Part shown: positions 50,304 through 59,101 of the stretch, piece after piece
How the letters are laid out: each line of letters begins with the position of its first letter
Numbering within the stretch: the first letter of the stretch is position 1
Assembly (NCBI GenBank): GCA_963666275.2
Contig: CAXXOA010000001.1
Span: 544,001 to 608,000 of the forward strand
Direction of reading: 5' to 3'
DNA: 64,000 nt
DNA from: Oceanispirochaeta sp.
GTDB lineage: Bacteria; Spirochaetota; Spirochaetia; DSM-2461
Position numbers and translations under genes: made by a program
Notes under the pieces: generated by a model
What the model saw: the letters and a program-made list of their open reading frames with translations, nothing else
Told to the model about the DNA's origin: nothing
The model's database searches: none

Positions 50304-50891
50304 ATGGAGAAATCGGATAAGCAGCCCCTTTTATTCACAGGGAGTTCCATCATTGAGTACTGGGAAACCCTTCAGGAGGATATGGCTCCTTACTCTGTGG
50401 TAAACAGGGGGATGGCGGGAGTCAGAATTTCGAAAATACGCGCCCGTATCAGGGATTTTGTGAAAGATACCCATCCGGCCGCTGTGGTGGTGTATGCGGG
50501 ATCCAATGATCTGCAGGGCGAGGATCCCCCGAAAGCCCGCTATATTCTGGGACAGTTCGAAAAGATAGTGAATTTCTCAAGGGAGATCATTCCTGATCTG
50601 CCTGTGGTCTATTTGTCTATCGCTCCCTCCCTCTCTTCTCTGAGACTGCCCCATCAGCCTCTGATTGATGAGGCCAATAGACTTATCCGGGAGTTCTGCG
50701 ATGAGGATGATCATCTTTTTTTCTGTGACATCAGGCCCTGCCTCTGTGATTCCGGGGGAAGACCGGATCCCCGTTTTTTCCTGCCTGACGGCATCCATTT
50801 TACCCCGGAAGGGTATCAGGCTGTGATAGGGCCAGTGAAAGAGGTTATCTTTTCTCTCTTTTTGAGTAAAGGAATAATACCAGGAGAATAA
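50304..50891 (+). CDS. SGNH/GDSL hydrolase
   Basis: FTGSSII, NRGMAG, YAGSND, DGIHF. Confidence 0.88.
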   Translation: MEKSDKQPLLFTGSSIIEYWETLQEDMAPYSVVNRGMAGVRISKIRARIRDFVKDTHPAAVVVYAGSNDLQGEDPPKARYILGQFEKIVNFSREIIPDLPVVYLSIAPSLSSLRLPHQPLIDEANRLIREFCDEDDHLFFCDIRPCLCDSGGRPDPRFFLPDGIHFTPEGYQAVIGPVKEVIFSLFLSKGIIPGE

Positions 50892-51825
50892 CAATCCCGT
50901 ATACTATCTGGCGACCGCCTTCTCCAGCTTTCAAACTTATCATAATACTATTAAGAGTTGTCAGTATAATAGCACCTGCTACGGCTCCCAGGTAGCTGCC
51001 ATTGCCTCCCGCCAGAGATATCCCTCCTATGACCGCTGCTGCGACACTGGGCATCATATAGGCTGAGCCCAGATCCAGGTATGAAGTTCCTGTATAACCT
51101 AATAGACAAATACCTGCAAAGGCAGCAATCATACCACTGAATCCATAGGTTAGAAATCGAACCCATTTTGTTTTTATTCCACAGAGTTCTGCAGTAATAG
51201 AGTTTTCACCCACACCATACAAAATCTTTCCCATTCTCATTCTTTCCAGAACAACAAGAGCTATTAACAGTATTAGAATCCAAAGGAACAGTATCTTAGG
51301 AATTCCTAAGAAGCGGCCGGTACCCAGTGAAATTAGTAGAGGAGATGCCTTCCCTTTCGGTTGTCCCTGTGTATAGATTAAGCCAATGCCTTGTATAACA
51401 CTTCCCATAGCCAGTGTCATTACTAAAGGAGGTATCTTGAAAAAGGCGATTCCCGAACCGTTAACAAGTCCAAGAAGGAAGCCAATACTCAGGACAACCA
51501 GAATCTTTGGTATCAACCATTGATCCGACCCATTAAGCAATTGACTTGTGATCACTGTAGCAAGGGAAATAAAGCTACCGACAGAAAGATCAATACCTTC
51601 TCCTCCAGATAGAATCACTAATGTTTGAGCTAGTACTACCAAGCCAAGAAAGGATGATAGGCTTAAGATATTCACAAGATGATTGACATGAAGGAATCCA
51701 GGATTTATCAGTCCTCCTAAAAGAAAAAGCCCCACCGTTATAATATAAGCTAGTGTTATTTTGTTTTCTTTGAGATCCTTTGGATTAAAAGGTATCTTTT
51801 CAACTTTTATGCTACTCAAAATCAT
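50845..51825 (-). CDS. Sugar ABC permease
   Basis: EGIDLSVG, LYGVGEN..AELCG, AVIGGISLAGG. Confidence 0.92.
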   Translation of the reverse strand: MILSSIKVEKIPFNPKDLKENKITLAYIITVGLFLLGGLINPGFLHVNHLVNILSLSSFLGLVVLAQTLVILSGGEGIDLSVGSFISLATVITSQLLNGSDQWLIPKILVVLSIGFLLGLVNGSGIAFFKIPPLVMTLAMGSVIQGIGLIYTQGQPKGKASPLLISLGTGRFLGIPKILFLWILILLIALVVLERMRMGKILYGVGENSITAELCGIKTKWVRFLTYGFSGMIAAFAGICLLGYTGTSYLDLGSAYMMPSVAAAVIGGISLAGGNGSYLGAVAGAIILTTLNSIMISLKAGEGGRQIVYGIVILLVLFLYSKREKR

Positions 51826-52796
51826 TATATTTCTCCCATTGGATTTAATCGTTTAATATTGGGTATTACTGCTAAAGCCAACGCGGCTATAATGATACTT
51901 CCTCGGATGAATTCCTGATAAAGGGAGGGAATATTGGCAAAAAAGACAACATTGTCCAGAATCCCGAAAACAAGTGCTCCCAGTATAGCTCCAGCCATAT
52001 TTCCCTTGCCTCCGCTGAAGGCTACTCCTCCAACAATGACTGCGGCAATAGATCTTAAAGTGAAAGGGGTTCCAATAGAAGCATCTCCCGAAGCTGCCTG
52101 GCAAGTTACAGCTATCGCTCCCAATGAAGTAAAAAATCCACTCAGCATAAATGCCTGAAACCTCAGTTTTTTGACATTTATTCCGCTTGCATCGCTGGCG
52201 AAAGCGTTTCCTCCTACAGCATAAAGGTAGCGATAAAAAGGTCTTTTAGACACTATTATCCAAAGAATGACTGCAAAAGAAATCAGTAGAAGAGGTGCTG
52301 GTATAAATCCTAATGACATCTTATATGACCGATAGAAAAAAGGCGGAATATAACCTCCGGGCTGGGGCATAATGATCAATGACAAACCGAACCAGATAGA
52401 AGATGTGGCAAATGTCGCAACCATCGCAGGTAATTTCAGTATTGAAATAACAAATCCGTTGATAATACCAATACTTATTCCCAGGAGAATACCGCATAAG
52501 ATTGCCAGGACTACACTTATACCACTGTCTTTCATCATTACAGCAAGAACAACATTGATAAGAGTTACAGCGCCCCCTATAGACAGATCTATATACCCAA
52601 GAAGGATAATCAACGCCTGGGCCATTGATAGAAGAATCAATGGAGTAAAAGATGAAAGATTTATTCTAAATGCCCTGTAGGAAAAGAAGCTGGGTTGAAG
52701 GAGTATATTGATAAATATCAAAAGTAACAGGACTACCAGTACAGGAAAAGTCGTATTCTGTTTTACAGTTTGGGAAAGATTATTCTTAAATCGCAT
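51825..52796 (-). CDS. Sugar ABC permease
   Basis: IDLSIGG, LYAVGGNAFASDASG, IAAVIVGGVAFSGG; start at MRFKNN (track 52823). Confidence 0.92.
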   Translation of the reverse strand: MRFKNNLSQTVKQNTTFPVLVVLLLLIFINILLQPSFFSYRAFRINLSSFTPLILLSMAQALIILLGYIDLSIGGAVTLINVVLAVMMKDSGISVVLAILCGILLGISIGIINGFVISILKLPAMVATFATSSIWFGLSLIIMPQPGGYIPPFFYRSYKMSLGFIPAPLLLISFAVILWIIVSKRPFYRYLYAVGGNAFASDASGINVKKLRFQAFMLSGFFTSLGAIAVTCQAASGDASIGTPFTLRSIAAVIVGGVAFSGGKGNMAGAILGALVFGILDNVVFFANIPSLYQEFIRGSIIIAALALAVIPNIKRLNPMGEI

Positions 52797-54315
52797 CTTC
52801 GCATTCCTTAAGGTGCAGACCATGTGTTACCAGTATTTCATCAGACAGGCAGTCATTTTGCAGATCCTGAACTATCTGACCTTCGAACATAACCAGAATC
52901 CGGTCGCAGATTTCAATCAGTTCATGGTTATCACTTGCATAAAGAATTACTGCAGTACCAGTTTCTGCAAGTTCCTGAACTACTTTATACAGTTCTTCTT
53001 TTGCAGGAACATCAACTCCTTTTGCAGGATCGCTGAGTAGGAGAACTGATGGTGTGTGAGCAAGCCATTTGCCAAGGACAATCTTCTGCTGGTTCCCTCC
53101 GCTTAACTCGGAAACTTTCTGTTTTTTGTCCCTGGCTGCAACAGATAGTTTTTTCATTACTTTTTCACTTTGATTGTTGATAGCCTTTTTATTTAGTATC
53201 CCTTTCATCATGTTTACAGAAAACTGTGGAAATATGAGATTTTCTTCAATGGAATGTTCCATAAAAAGTCCCTCAAGGTTTCTATCCCCCGGAACAAGGA
53301 CTATTCCGTTTTTTAGAGCATCTTTAGGGTGTTTTATCTGCTTTTGCTGAGACTCAAAATAAAACAGGGAATCCTTTGTTCGAAGATATCCGGAAAGTGC
53401 CAGAAGAAGCTCTTCCTGCCCTTGTCCCTGAAGTCCGGATATTCCCAGGATCTCTCCTTTTCGTATCTGTAAATTGATATGCTTGAGTTTTTTGGGGATA
53501 TTCAGGTTTTTCACTTCCAGCTGGATTGAACCAATGGTTTTGTCAGGGCAGTCCGTCCGATTCTCAGAATATTTCTGGTCATGACCGGTCATGAGAGAGA
53601 TAATTTTATCCTCATTCTTCTCTTCAGCAGAGAAATTGATATCGCCTACACTCCAGCCGTTCCTGAAAATTGTGACATAGTCACATATCTCAAATACTTC
53701 CTGCATTCGATGGGATATGAATATAATGCCCAGATCCTCTTTGAAACTTCTAATCACATCAAATAAGAGTGAAACCTCTTTCTGTTCCAGGGCCGCCGTT
53801 GGTTCATCCAGGATGAGAATTTCTGGCTTCTTATAGAGAGATTTGACAATTTCTACAATTTGCTTCTCAGCAGGAGACAGATTGCAGACTTTGGATTCCG
53901 GTTTGATTGAAGCAGAAAATTGCCTCAGCATTTCTGCTGATGATTTATAGGACTCCGATTTATCAAGGAATCCTCCTTTACTTCTTTGTTCCACTCCAAG
54001 ACATATATTTTGCCATACAGTCAGCTCTGGAATAAGGCTGAGGTGCTGATGTACCATGGCAATATTTTTTTCAGCTGCCTGGATAGGATTCTGAAGAACA
54101 ATCTTTTCACCTTTGTATATGATATTCCCTTTCGAAGGGGTGTGAATTCCGGTAATAATTTTGGATATTGTTGACTTACCAGAGCCATTGGCACCTAGAA
54201 GACCGCAAATCTTACCCTTGTATATTTTTAAATTTCCGTCGGAAAGAGCTTTGACACCACCGAATTTTTTTTCGATATTTTGTGCCTCGAGCAGTACGGG
54301 AGAGTGAGAGAACAT
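52786..54315 (-). CDS. Sugar ABC ATPase
   Basis: GANGSGKST, LDEPTAAL, LSGGNQQK. Confidence 0.94.
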   Translation of the reverse strand: MFSHSPVLLEAQNIEKKFGGVKALSDGNLKIYKGKICGLLGANGSGKSTISKIITGIHTPSKGNIIYKGEKIVLQNPIQAAEKNIAMVHQHLSLIPELTVWQNICLGVEQRSKGGFLDKSESYKSSAEMLRQFSASIKPESKVCNLSPAEKQIVEIVKSLYKKPEILILDEPTAALEQKEVSLLFDVIRSFKEDLGIIFISHRMQEVFEICDYVTIFRNGWSVGDINFSAEEKNEDKIISLMTGHDQKYSENRTDCPDKTIGSIQLEVKNLNIPKKLKHINLQIRKGEILGISGLQGQGQEELLLALSGYLRTKDSLFYFESQQKQIKHPKDALKNGIVLVPGDRNLEGLFMEHSIEENLIFPQFSVNMMKGILNKKAINNQSEKVMKKLSVAARDKKQKVSELSGGNQQKIVLGKWLAHTPSVLLLSDPAKGVDVPAKEELYKVVQELAETGTAVILYASDNHELIEICDRILVMFEGQIVQDLQNDCLSDEILVTHGLHLKECEDAI

Positions 54316-54343
54316 AGCCTTAACTCCTGATTTTCATTACAAG

Positions 54344-54369
54344 GACGGAACCCTGATCAGGGTTCCGTC
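54344..54369 (-). terminator. Intercistronic perfect palindrome after SBP gene
   Basis: GACGGAACCCTGATCAGGGTTCCGTC. Confidence 0.6.
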
Positions 54370-54384
54370 AAATGATAAAAAGAC

Positions 54385-55440
54385 CTATTTGAATAATGCG
54401 TCAAGCTCTTCTTCTGTCAGCCATTCATCAATAAAATAACTGTCAGGTTCATGCTGGTATTCGTCAAAATAGCTGTCTATATTTTCATTTGTGACATGAT
54501 CTTTCACGTTATAGTAATAATACCCATCCTGTACGAGATCATCTTTCATCTCCATTCCCTGGAGCATCCTTACGCCTATACCTAAAGCTGTAGCACCTAT
54601 TCCCGGAGGATTATTCTGCCCATAGGAGCCGAATCCTGTATCATCTTTGAGCTCTTTCCATCTCTTTACATAACCCATCATGAGTTCTCCGGTAATAACC
54701 GGTACTTCCCTGCCTGCAGCAAGGAAAGCATTCACTGCTCCAAGAGCCATCCCGTCCTGTGTAAGAACACCGTCAATTTCCGGATAGGAACTAAGTAAAT
54801 TGGATACCACCTGCTGAGAACTTGCCTGGTCCCAGTTGCCGTTTACTTCAGTAAGAACATTAATGTCAGGATATTGTTTAAGAACATCATACATACCCTT
54901 TAGTCTGTTTACATTGGCAGGATGTCCGGCAATTCCACTGACAATAACAATATCTCCCTTGCCCCCGATCTCTTCACAGAACCACTTAGCCAGGTTAGCT
55001 CCCCATTGGACCTGGTCGATAACAACATTCAGCGCATACGGGCTTGTAACCGGGGCATCCAGTGCTATTACAGGAATCCCCATTGAATGGGCTTCTTCAA
55101 TAATCGGGTTCAATGCTGTTTCCGAATTAGGATCGATTAATAGAAGATCAACTCCCATAATGAGCAGTTTCTCAATCTGACTAATCTGTGCATTCACATC
55201 CAGACCGGCATTCTGAATTATAACCTTATCTATCCAGCCTTTACCCTGATAGTAAGATGCCAGATCCTCAACTGAGTCGATCATCTGGGTTCGCCATCCA
55301 TTCCCGATATAACCGTTGCTAAAACCAATGACATACCCACCTTCCGGGGCACCTTCCTGGTTTCCGTTTGCAAATACCGCAGACAGGGAAATGACCGTAA
55401 TTGCGCAGGTCAGAATAAATCTGACAGCTGTCCTTTTCAT
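54385..55440 (-). CDS. Sugar ABC solute-binding protein
   Basis: Signal peptide FANGNQE, IGFSNGYIGNGWRTQM, QDGMALG. Confidence 0.92.
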   Translation of the reverse strand: MKRTAVRFILTCAITVISLSAVFANGNQEGAPEGGYVIGFSNGYIGNGWRTQMIDSVEDLASYYQGKGWIDKVIIQNAGLDVNAQISQIEKLLIMGVDLLLIDPNSETALNPIIEEAHSMGIPVIALDAPVTSPYALNVVIDQVQWGANLAKWFCEEIGGKGDIVIVSGIAGHPANVNRLKGMYDVLKQYPDINVLTEVNGNWDQASSQQVVSNLLSSYPEIDGVLTQDGMALGAVNAFLAAGREVPVITGELMMGYVKRWKELKDDTGFGSYGQNNPPGIGATALGIGVRMLQGMEMKDDLVQDGYYYYNVKDHVTNENIDSYFDEYQHEPDSYFIDEWLTEEELDALFK

Positions 55441-55514
55441 ACTTCCTCCTTAATTTGAAGCCTTTGGATTGAAAATATTAATCGGAACAGCTAGTATTGA
55501 AGTTGATTACGCTT

Positions 55515-55560
55515 CATTGTCCCGCATCAAAGGAGTTTTCTCCTGAGATGCGGGGCGATG
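55515..55560 (-). terminator. Intercistronic stem-loop
   Basis: CATTGTCCCGCATC...GATGCGGGGCGATG. Confidence 0.5.
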
Positions 55561-55594
55561 TTGTTCCGATGTTTCCTTTTTTAAAAGCTGGTGA

Positions 55595-56497
55595 TTAACA
55601 GCCTACTTTTTTAAGAGTATCATCAACGTATTTTTTGGCTCTGGGTATATCTGATTCTTCCAGATGTTCGATGATGACAGGAATATTGGGATGCAATTTG
55701 GAGAGTCTTTCAAAGTATAGTTCGTAATTAAGAGATCCTGTCCCAGGGGCAGGGAGCTCTACTGCACCAGCGCCTCTGAAAGTATGAGCTTCAGATGCAT
55801 CCAATGATGCATGCTTCTCTTCGGGATTATCTGCTCTCTTACAATCTTTTGCATGGGCAATTTTAATCTTATCACTCACAGAATCGAATATCTTGTTCAA
55901 TGTGAGATCCATATGATCGATATTTGCATCATCAAAATAATTTGTAGGATCCATCAGGAGTCCCATGGCAGTATGATTTATATCAGTAAAGAGTCTATTC
56001 ACTTCGTCAATTGAGCCAATTACATTGTTTACATAGTTTTCAACAAGAAATACCGCACCGTGATCATAAGCTTCCTGCACGAGCTCATTGATGACTTTCA
56101 CACACTCCTCATACCCCTCTTCTGTTTTATTCTTGGGGTGATGAACCCAGTCGCTTTCTGTATTGTATGTACCTGTTTCGGAAATAACATAGGGTGTTCC
56201 CAGGTCTCTGGCATGACGGATTATTTCTTTCAGATAATCGACTCTTCTTTTTCTTTCATCCAGATCAGGATGAATAATGTTGGTGTATCCTGAGATACAG
56301 CAAATGGGTAGGTTCGCATCTCTGAAGGCATCCCGGATTGTATGGCATTTTTCCTTGGTTATCTTCCCTGCAGAAAAATCCATATCCTTAAAGGACAGGT
56401 CCAGCTGCACAGTCGAGAATCCATTTTTCTTCAGGCAACTGATCGATTCATCAAGAGTGTAGGGAAAATATCCTGTAAAAATTCCTACTGGTAACAT
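55595..56497 (-). CDS. Xylose isomerase-like TIM-barrel sugar isomerase/epimerase/dehydratase
   Basis: FLVEN, LMDPTNY, IAHAKD, PGTGSLNY, IIEH. Confidence 0.85.
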   Translation of the reverse strand: MLPVGIFTGYFPYTLDESISCLKKNGFSTVQLDLSFKDMDFSAGKITKEKCHTIRDAFRDANLPICCISGYTNIIHPDLDERKRRVDYLKEIIRHARDLGTPYVISETGTYNTESDWVHHPKNKTEEGYEECVKVINELVQEAYDHGAVFLVENYVNNVIGSIDEVNRLFTDINHTAMGLLMDPTNYFDDANIDHMDLTLNKIFDSVSDKIKIAHAKDCKRADNPEEKHASLDASEAHTFRGAGAVELPAPGTGSLNYELYFERLSKLHPNIPVIIEHLEESDIPRAKKYVDDTLKKVGC

Positions 56498-56508
56498 AAT
56501 TTCGCTCC

Positions 56509-57627
56509 TTATTGTATGGTTTTATATACTTCTTCCAGTGTGACTGTCCTTTCTTCTTTGATGGACAGGTAAGCTGCATCGATAACAGCGAAAGTTTTCA
56601 GATTGTCTTTTCCGCTGATTTCCGGCTCGGTATCTGTTTCAATAGCTCTGAGAAGCTGGGACATCGTTCCTGCAAATGCATCAGGAAACCAAACGCCGTC
56701 CCATCGGGGCTTAATCCAGCAACGAGGAAATTTCCGGCTGGTGAAGTCCAGAGTACTGGGCACTCTCACCGGATATTTCGGCCAATTAATCGTTCCCTGG
56801 GCTATGCCATCAAGGCCTTCTACCCTCCATTTTATGAAATAATCCTGTTCTACCTGATCATCATCCGGACCTCCCCACACATCGTCAAAGGTGGTAGCCA
56901 TGAAATCATTTTCATATTTGTAGGTAACGTGAGTAATTCCATCGATATGATTAAAGGTAGTTCGTGGATCTTTTCTGGTAACAGCAGTAATTTTCTCCGG
57001 ATCCCCAAAGAGATAACGCATGACATCCAGGTGGTGGATTCCCATATTCAGCATTTCAATGCGGTCATATTTTTTAAGGAAATCCTGCCAATGGGGAATT
57101 GCCCGCATCTCAATACTTGCCAGAACCGGTTCTCCCAGATAATTCCGCTCAAGAATGGTTTTCAGTGCCCGCATTGATTGATCGTAGCGCATGTTGGAAT
57201 TAACACCCAGCTTAATTCCGGCTTCATCGCAAAGGCGAACAATCTCTGCTGCTTCCTGAATATTCATAGCAAGAGGTTTCTGTGCCAGTATTCCTTTGAT
57301 ATGGTTCTTTTCCTTCACTGCTTCTCTGATAACCTCGAGCTGGCAGTCAGGTGGTATCGCGATATCCAGTACTTCGATTTCGGGATCTTTAATTAGGTCT
57401 TTCCATGATTTATGGACTTTGGGTATCCCATGCATAGCTGCGGCTGCTTCTGCTGTACTCTGTTTCCTGGATGTGATGGCCACCGGATTAAATCCCGCAT
57501 CCTTATATGCCACCAGGTGACAGTCTTTCATAATGAAACCTGCACCAATGCATCCGATGCGGAAATCTTTTCTTTTAGGAAGAATCGGGTTAATAGACAA
57601 ATCCAGGTCCATATCGATGTTTGGCAT
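56509..57627 (-). CDS. Gfo/Idh/MocA-family NAD(P) oxidoreductase
   Basis: IGCIGAGFIM, AQKPLA, NSNMRYD, NMGIHHLD. Confidence 0.9.
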   Translation of the reverse strand: MPNIDMDLDLSINPILPKRKDFRIGCIGAGFIMKDCHLVAYKDAGFNPVAITSRKQSTAEAAAAMHGIPKVHKSWKDLIKDPEIEVLDIAIPPDCQLEVIREAVKEKNHIKGILAQKPLAMNIQEAAEIVRLCDEAGIKLGVNSNMRYDQSMRALKTILERNYLGEPVLASIEMRAIPHWQDFLKKYDRIEMLNMGIHHLDVMRYLFGDPEKITAVTRKDPRTTFNHIDGITHVTYKYENDFMATTFDDVWGGPDDDQVEQDYFIKWRVEGLDGIAQGTINWPKYPVRVPSTLDFTSRKFPRCWIKPRWDGVWFPDAFAGTMSQLLRAIETDTEPEISGKDNLKTFAVIDAAYLSIKEERTVTLEEVYKTIQ

Positions 57628-57672
57628 CCTTTGCCTCCTTATTGGGTAGAAATATTTTATAGGAGAGGGAAA

Positions 57673-58935
57673 TTAAAATCCTCTCTCCTGATTAACCTTT
57701 TGAACTGCATCCAGCATGGCAATAACATTATCCAGTGGTGTTAATGCCTGCATATTATGGATGGTATTAAAAATAAACCCTCCATTCCGGGCAAGTAGTC
57801 TCACTCTTTCTGTTACCTCGGCAAAAACGTCTTCTCTTGTTCCGAAGGGGAGGGTTTTCTGCGTATCAACGCCACCTCCCCAGAAAGCAATTTTATTTCC
57901 ATATGTTTCTTTAATATATTCAGGGTTCATTCCAGATGCAGAGAACTGCAGAGGATTCAATATATCAAAACCTGCTTCTATCATACTGTTTATGAACGGC
58001 TCAATTCCGCCGCATGAGTGTTTAAAGGTCTTCCAGTTTGTATTTTCATGAATCCAGCCATTGATACGCTTATAGTAAGGTTTATAGAGATCATCGAATA
58101 AATCGGGTGAGCAGAAAGGACCATTTTGTGTACCAAAGTCTGTCCCACAGATGTAAGCAGCTCCAATTCGATCGCCTGTCACTGAATAGATCTTTTTCAG
58201 GTTTTCAATAGCAATTTCAGTCTGTTTTTCAAACACCTGATGAATATAATCCTGCCTTATGGAAGTAGAAATATACCATTCCGTTACATCACGGATTCCT
58301 TTCGGATCTTTAAGATTAGGAGCTGGTACGCAGGCAATATCTCCAATAGCTGTTCCTCCGAGATTTGCTACAATGAATCGGTCACTGTTTTGGAGCTCTT
58401 CACATCGAAGTCTGTAATATTCCAGTACATCATCACTTATCGGTCCAAACTCCTCCAGGTTATCTTCTGGGTTCAGTTCCTCTTCTTTTATCTCTTTCTG
58501 CCTGTTCAGGGAATCAAAAAAATAGCCACCCTCAGGAAGAACTGCAGAGGGATTCACTGATGTATCTCCTTCCGGGTACATCAGTAGATCTCCTTTGTCA
58601 TTTGTTTTGACGTTAAAATTTTCAGCAACTAAAAGGTTCTGTCCCCAGGGAGACGTCCATTCCTTCCAGTTTTCATTTCTGAAACCATAGAACGTGTATG
58701 GACTCCATATTATATCTGTATCAATCTGCATTGCATCTTTCAGATCATCTTCAATAAGGCCAAGCATCTGATAGGGTTCCAGTATGGTAACCGGCTTTTT
58801 AGGCAGACCATAATACTCCCTCAGCTTTTCTACTATTGTGCAATGTATACCAGTGGTCGGAAACCCGCCGAAATCTATAGGAACGGGCCCATCCTGAAAG
58901 TTTAGGGCTTGTCTTACCCGCTCGTTTCCATTCAT
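57673..58935 (-). CDS. Uroporphyrinogen decarboxylase/MtaA-CmuA-like family protein
   Basis: VPIDFGG, CGTDFGTQ, KHSCG, GFDILNPLQ, FWGGGVDTQKTLPFGT, GGFIFNTIHN; start at MNGNERV with AGGAG RBS. Confidence 0.85.
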   Translation of the reverse strand: MNGNERVRQALNFQDGPVPIDFGGFPTTGIHCTIVEKLREYYGLPKKPVTILEPYQMLGLIEDDLKDAMQIDTDIIWSPYTFYGFRNENWKEWTSPWGQNLLVAENFNVKTNDKGDLLMYPEGDTSVNPSAVLPEGGYFFDSLNRQKEIKEEELNPEDNLEEFGPISDDVLEYYRLRCEELQNSDRFIVANLGGTAIGDIACVPAPNLKDPKGIRDVTEWYISTSIRQDYIHQVFEKQTEIAIENLKKIYSVTGDRIGAAYICGTDFGTQNGPFCSPDLFDDLYKPYYKRINGWIHENTNWKTFKHSCGGIEPFINSMIEAGFDILNPLQFSASGMNPEYIKETYGNKIAFWGGGVDTQKTLPFGTREDVFAEVTERVRLLARNGGFIFNTIHNMQALTPLDNVIAMLDAVQKVNQERGF

Positions 58936-58981
58936 GAAAAACTCCTGTAAATCAATGAAAATAAAAAAAATGGATCGGTAG

Positions 58982-58995
58982 TTGGAACGTTCCAA
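58982..58995. promoter_or_regulatory. LacI-type operator of the catabolic operon
   Basis: Perfect palindrome TTGGAACGTTCCAA downstream of minus-strand TTGACA (59042-59037). Confidence 0.7.
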
Positions 58996-59101
58996 TTTTT
59001 CATGGTTGGATAATTTCTATCACTGTTTTTTCCATCTGTCAAGTTTATTTATAATCCTGAAGCCAGAGGGATTGAGAGGGTTTTTTTATGTAGTAAAACT
59101 A

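Noticed and set aside
57673..58935. Calling the URO-D-like gene hemE
   Set aside because: Lacks the HemE W.MRQAGR motif and has no tetrapyrrole context
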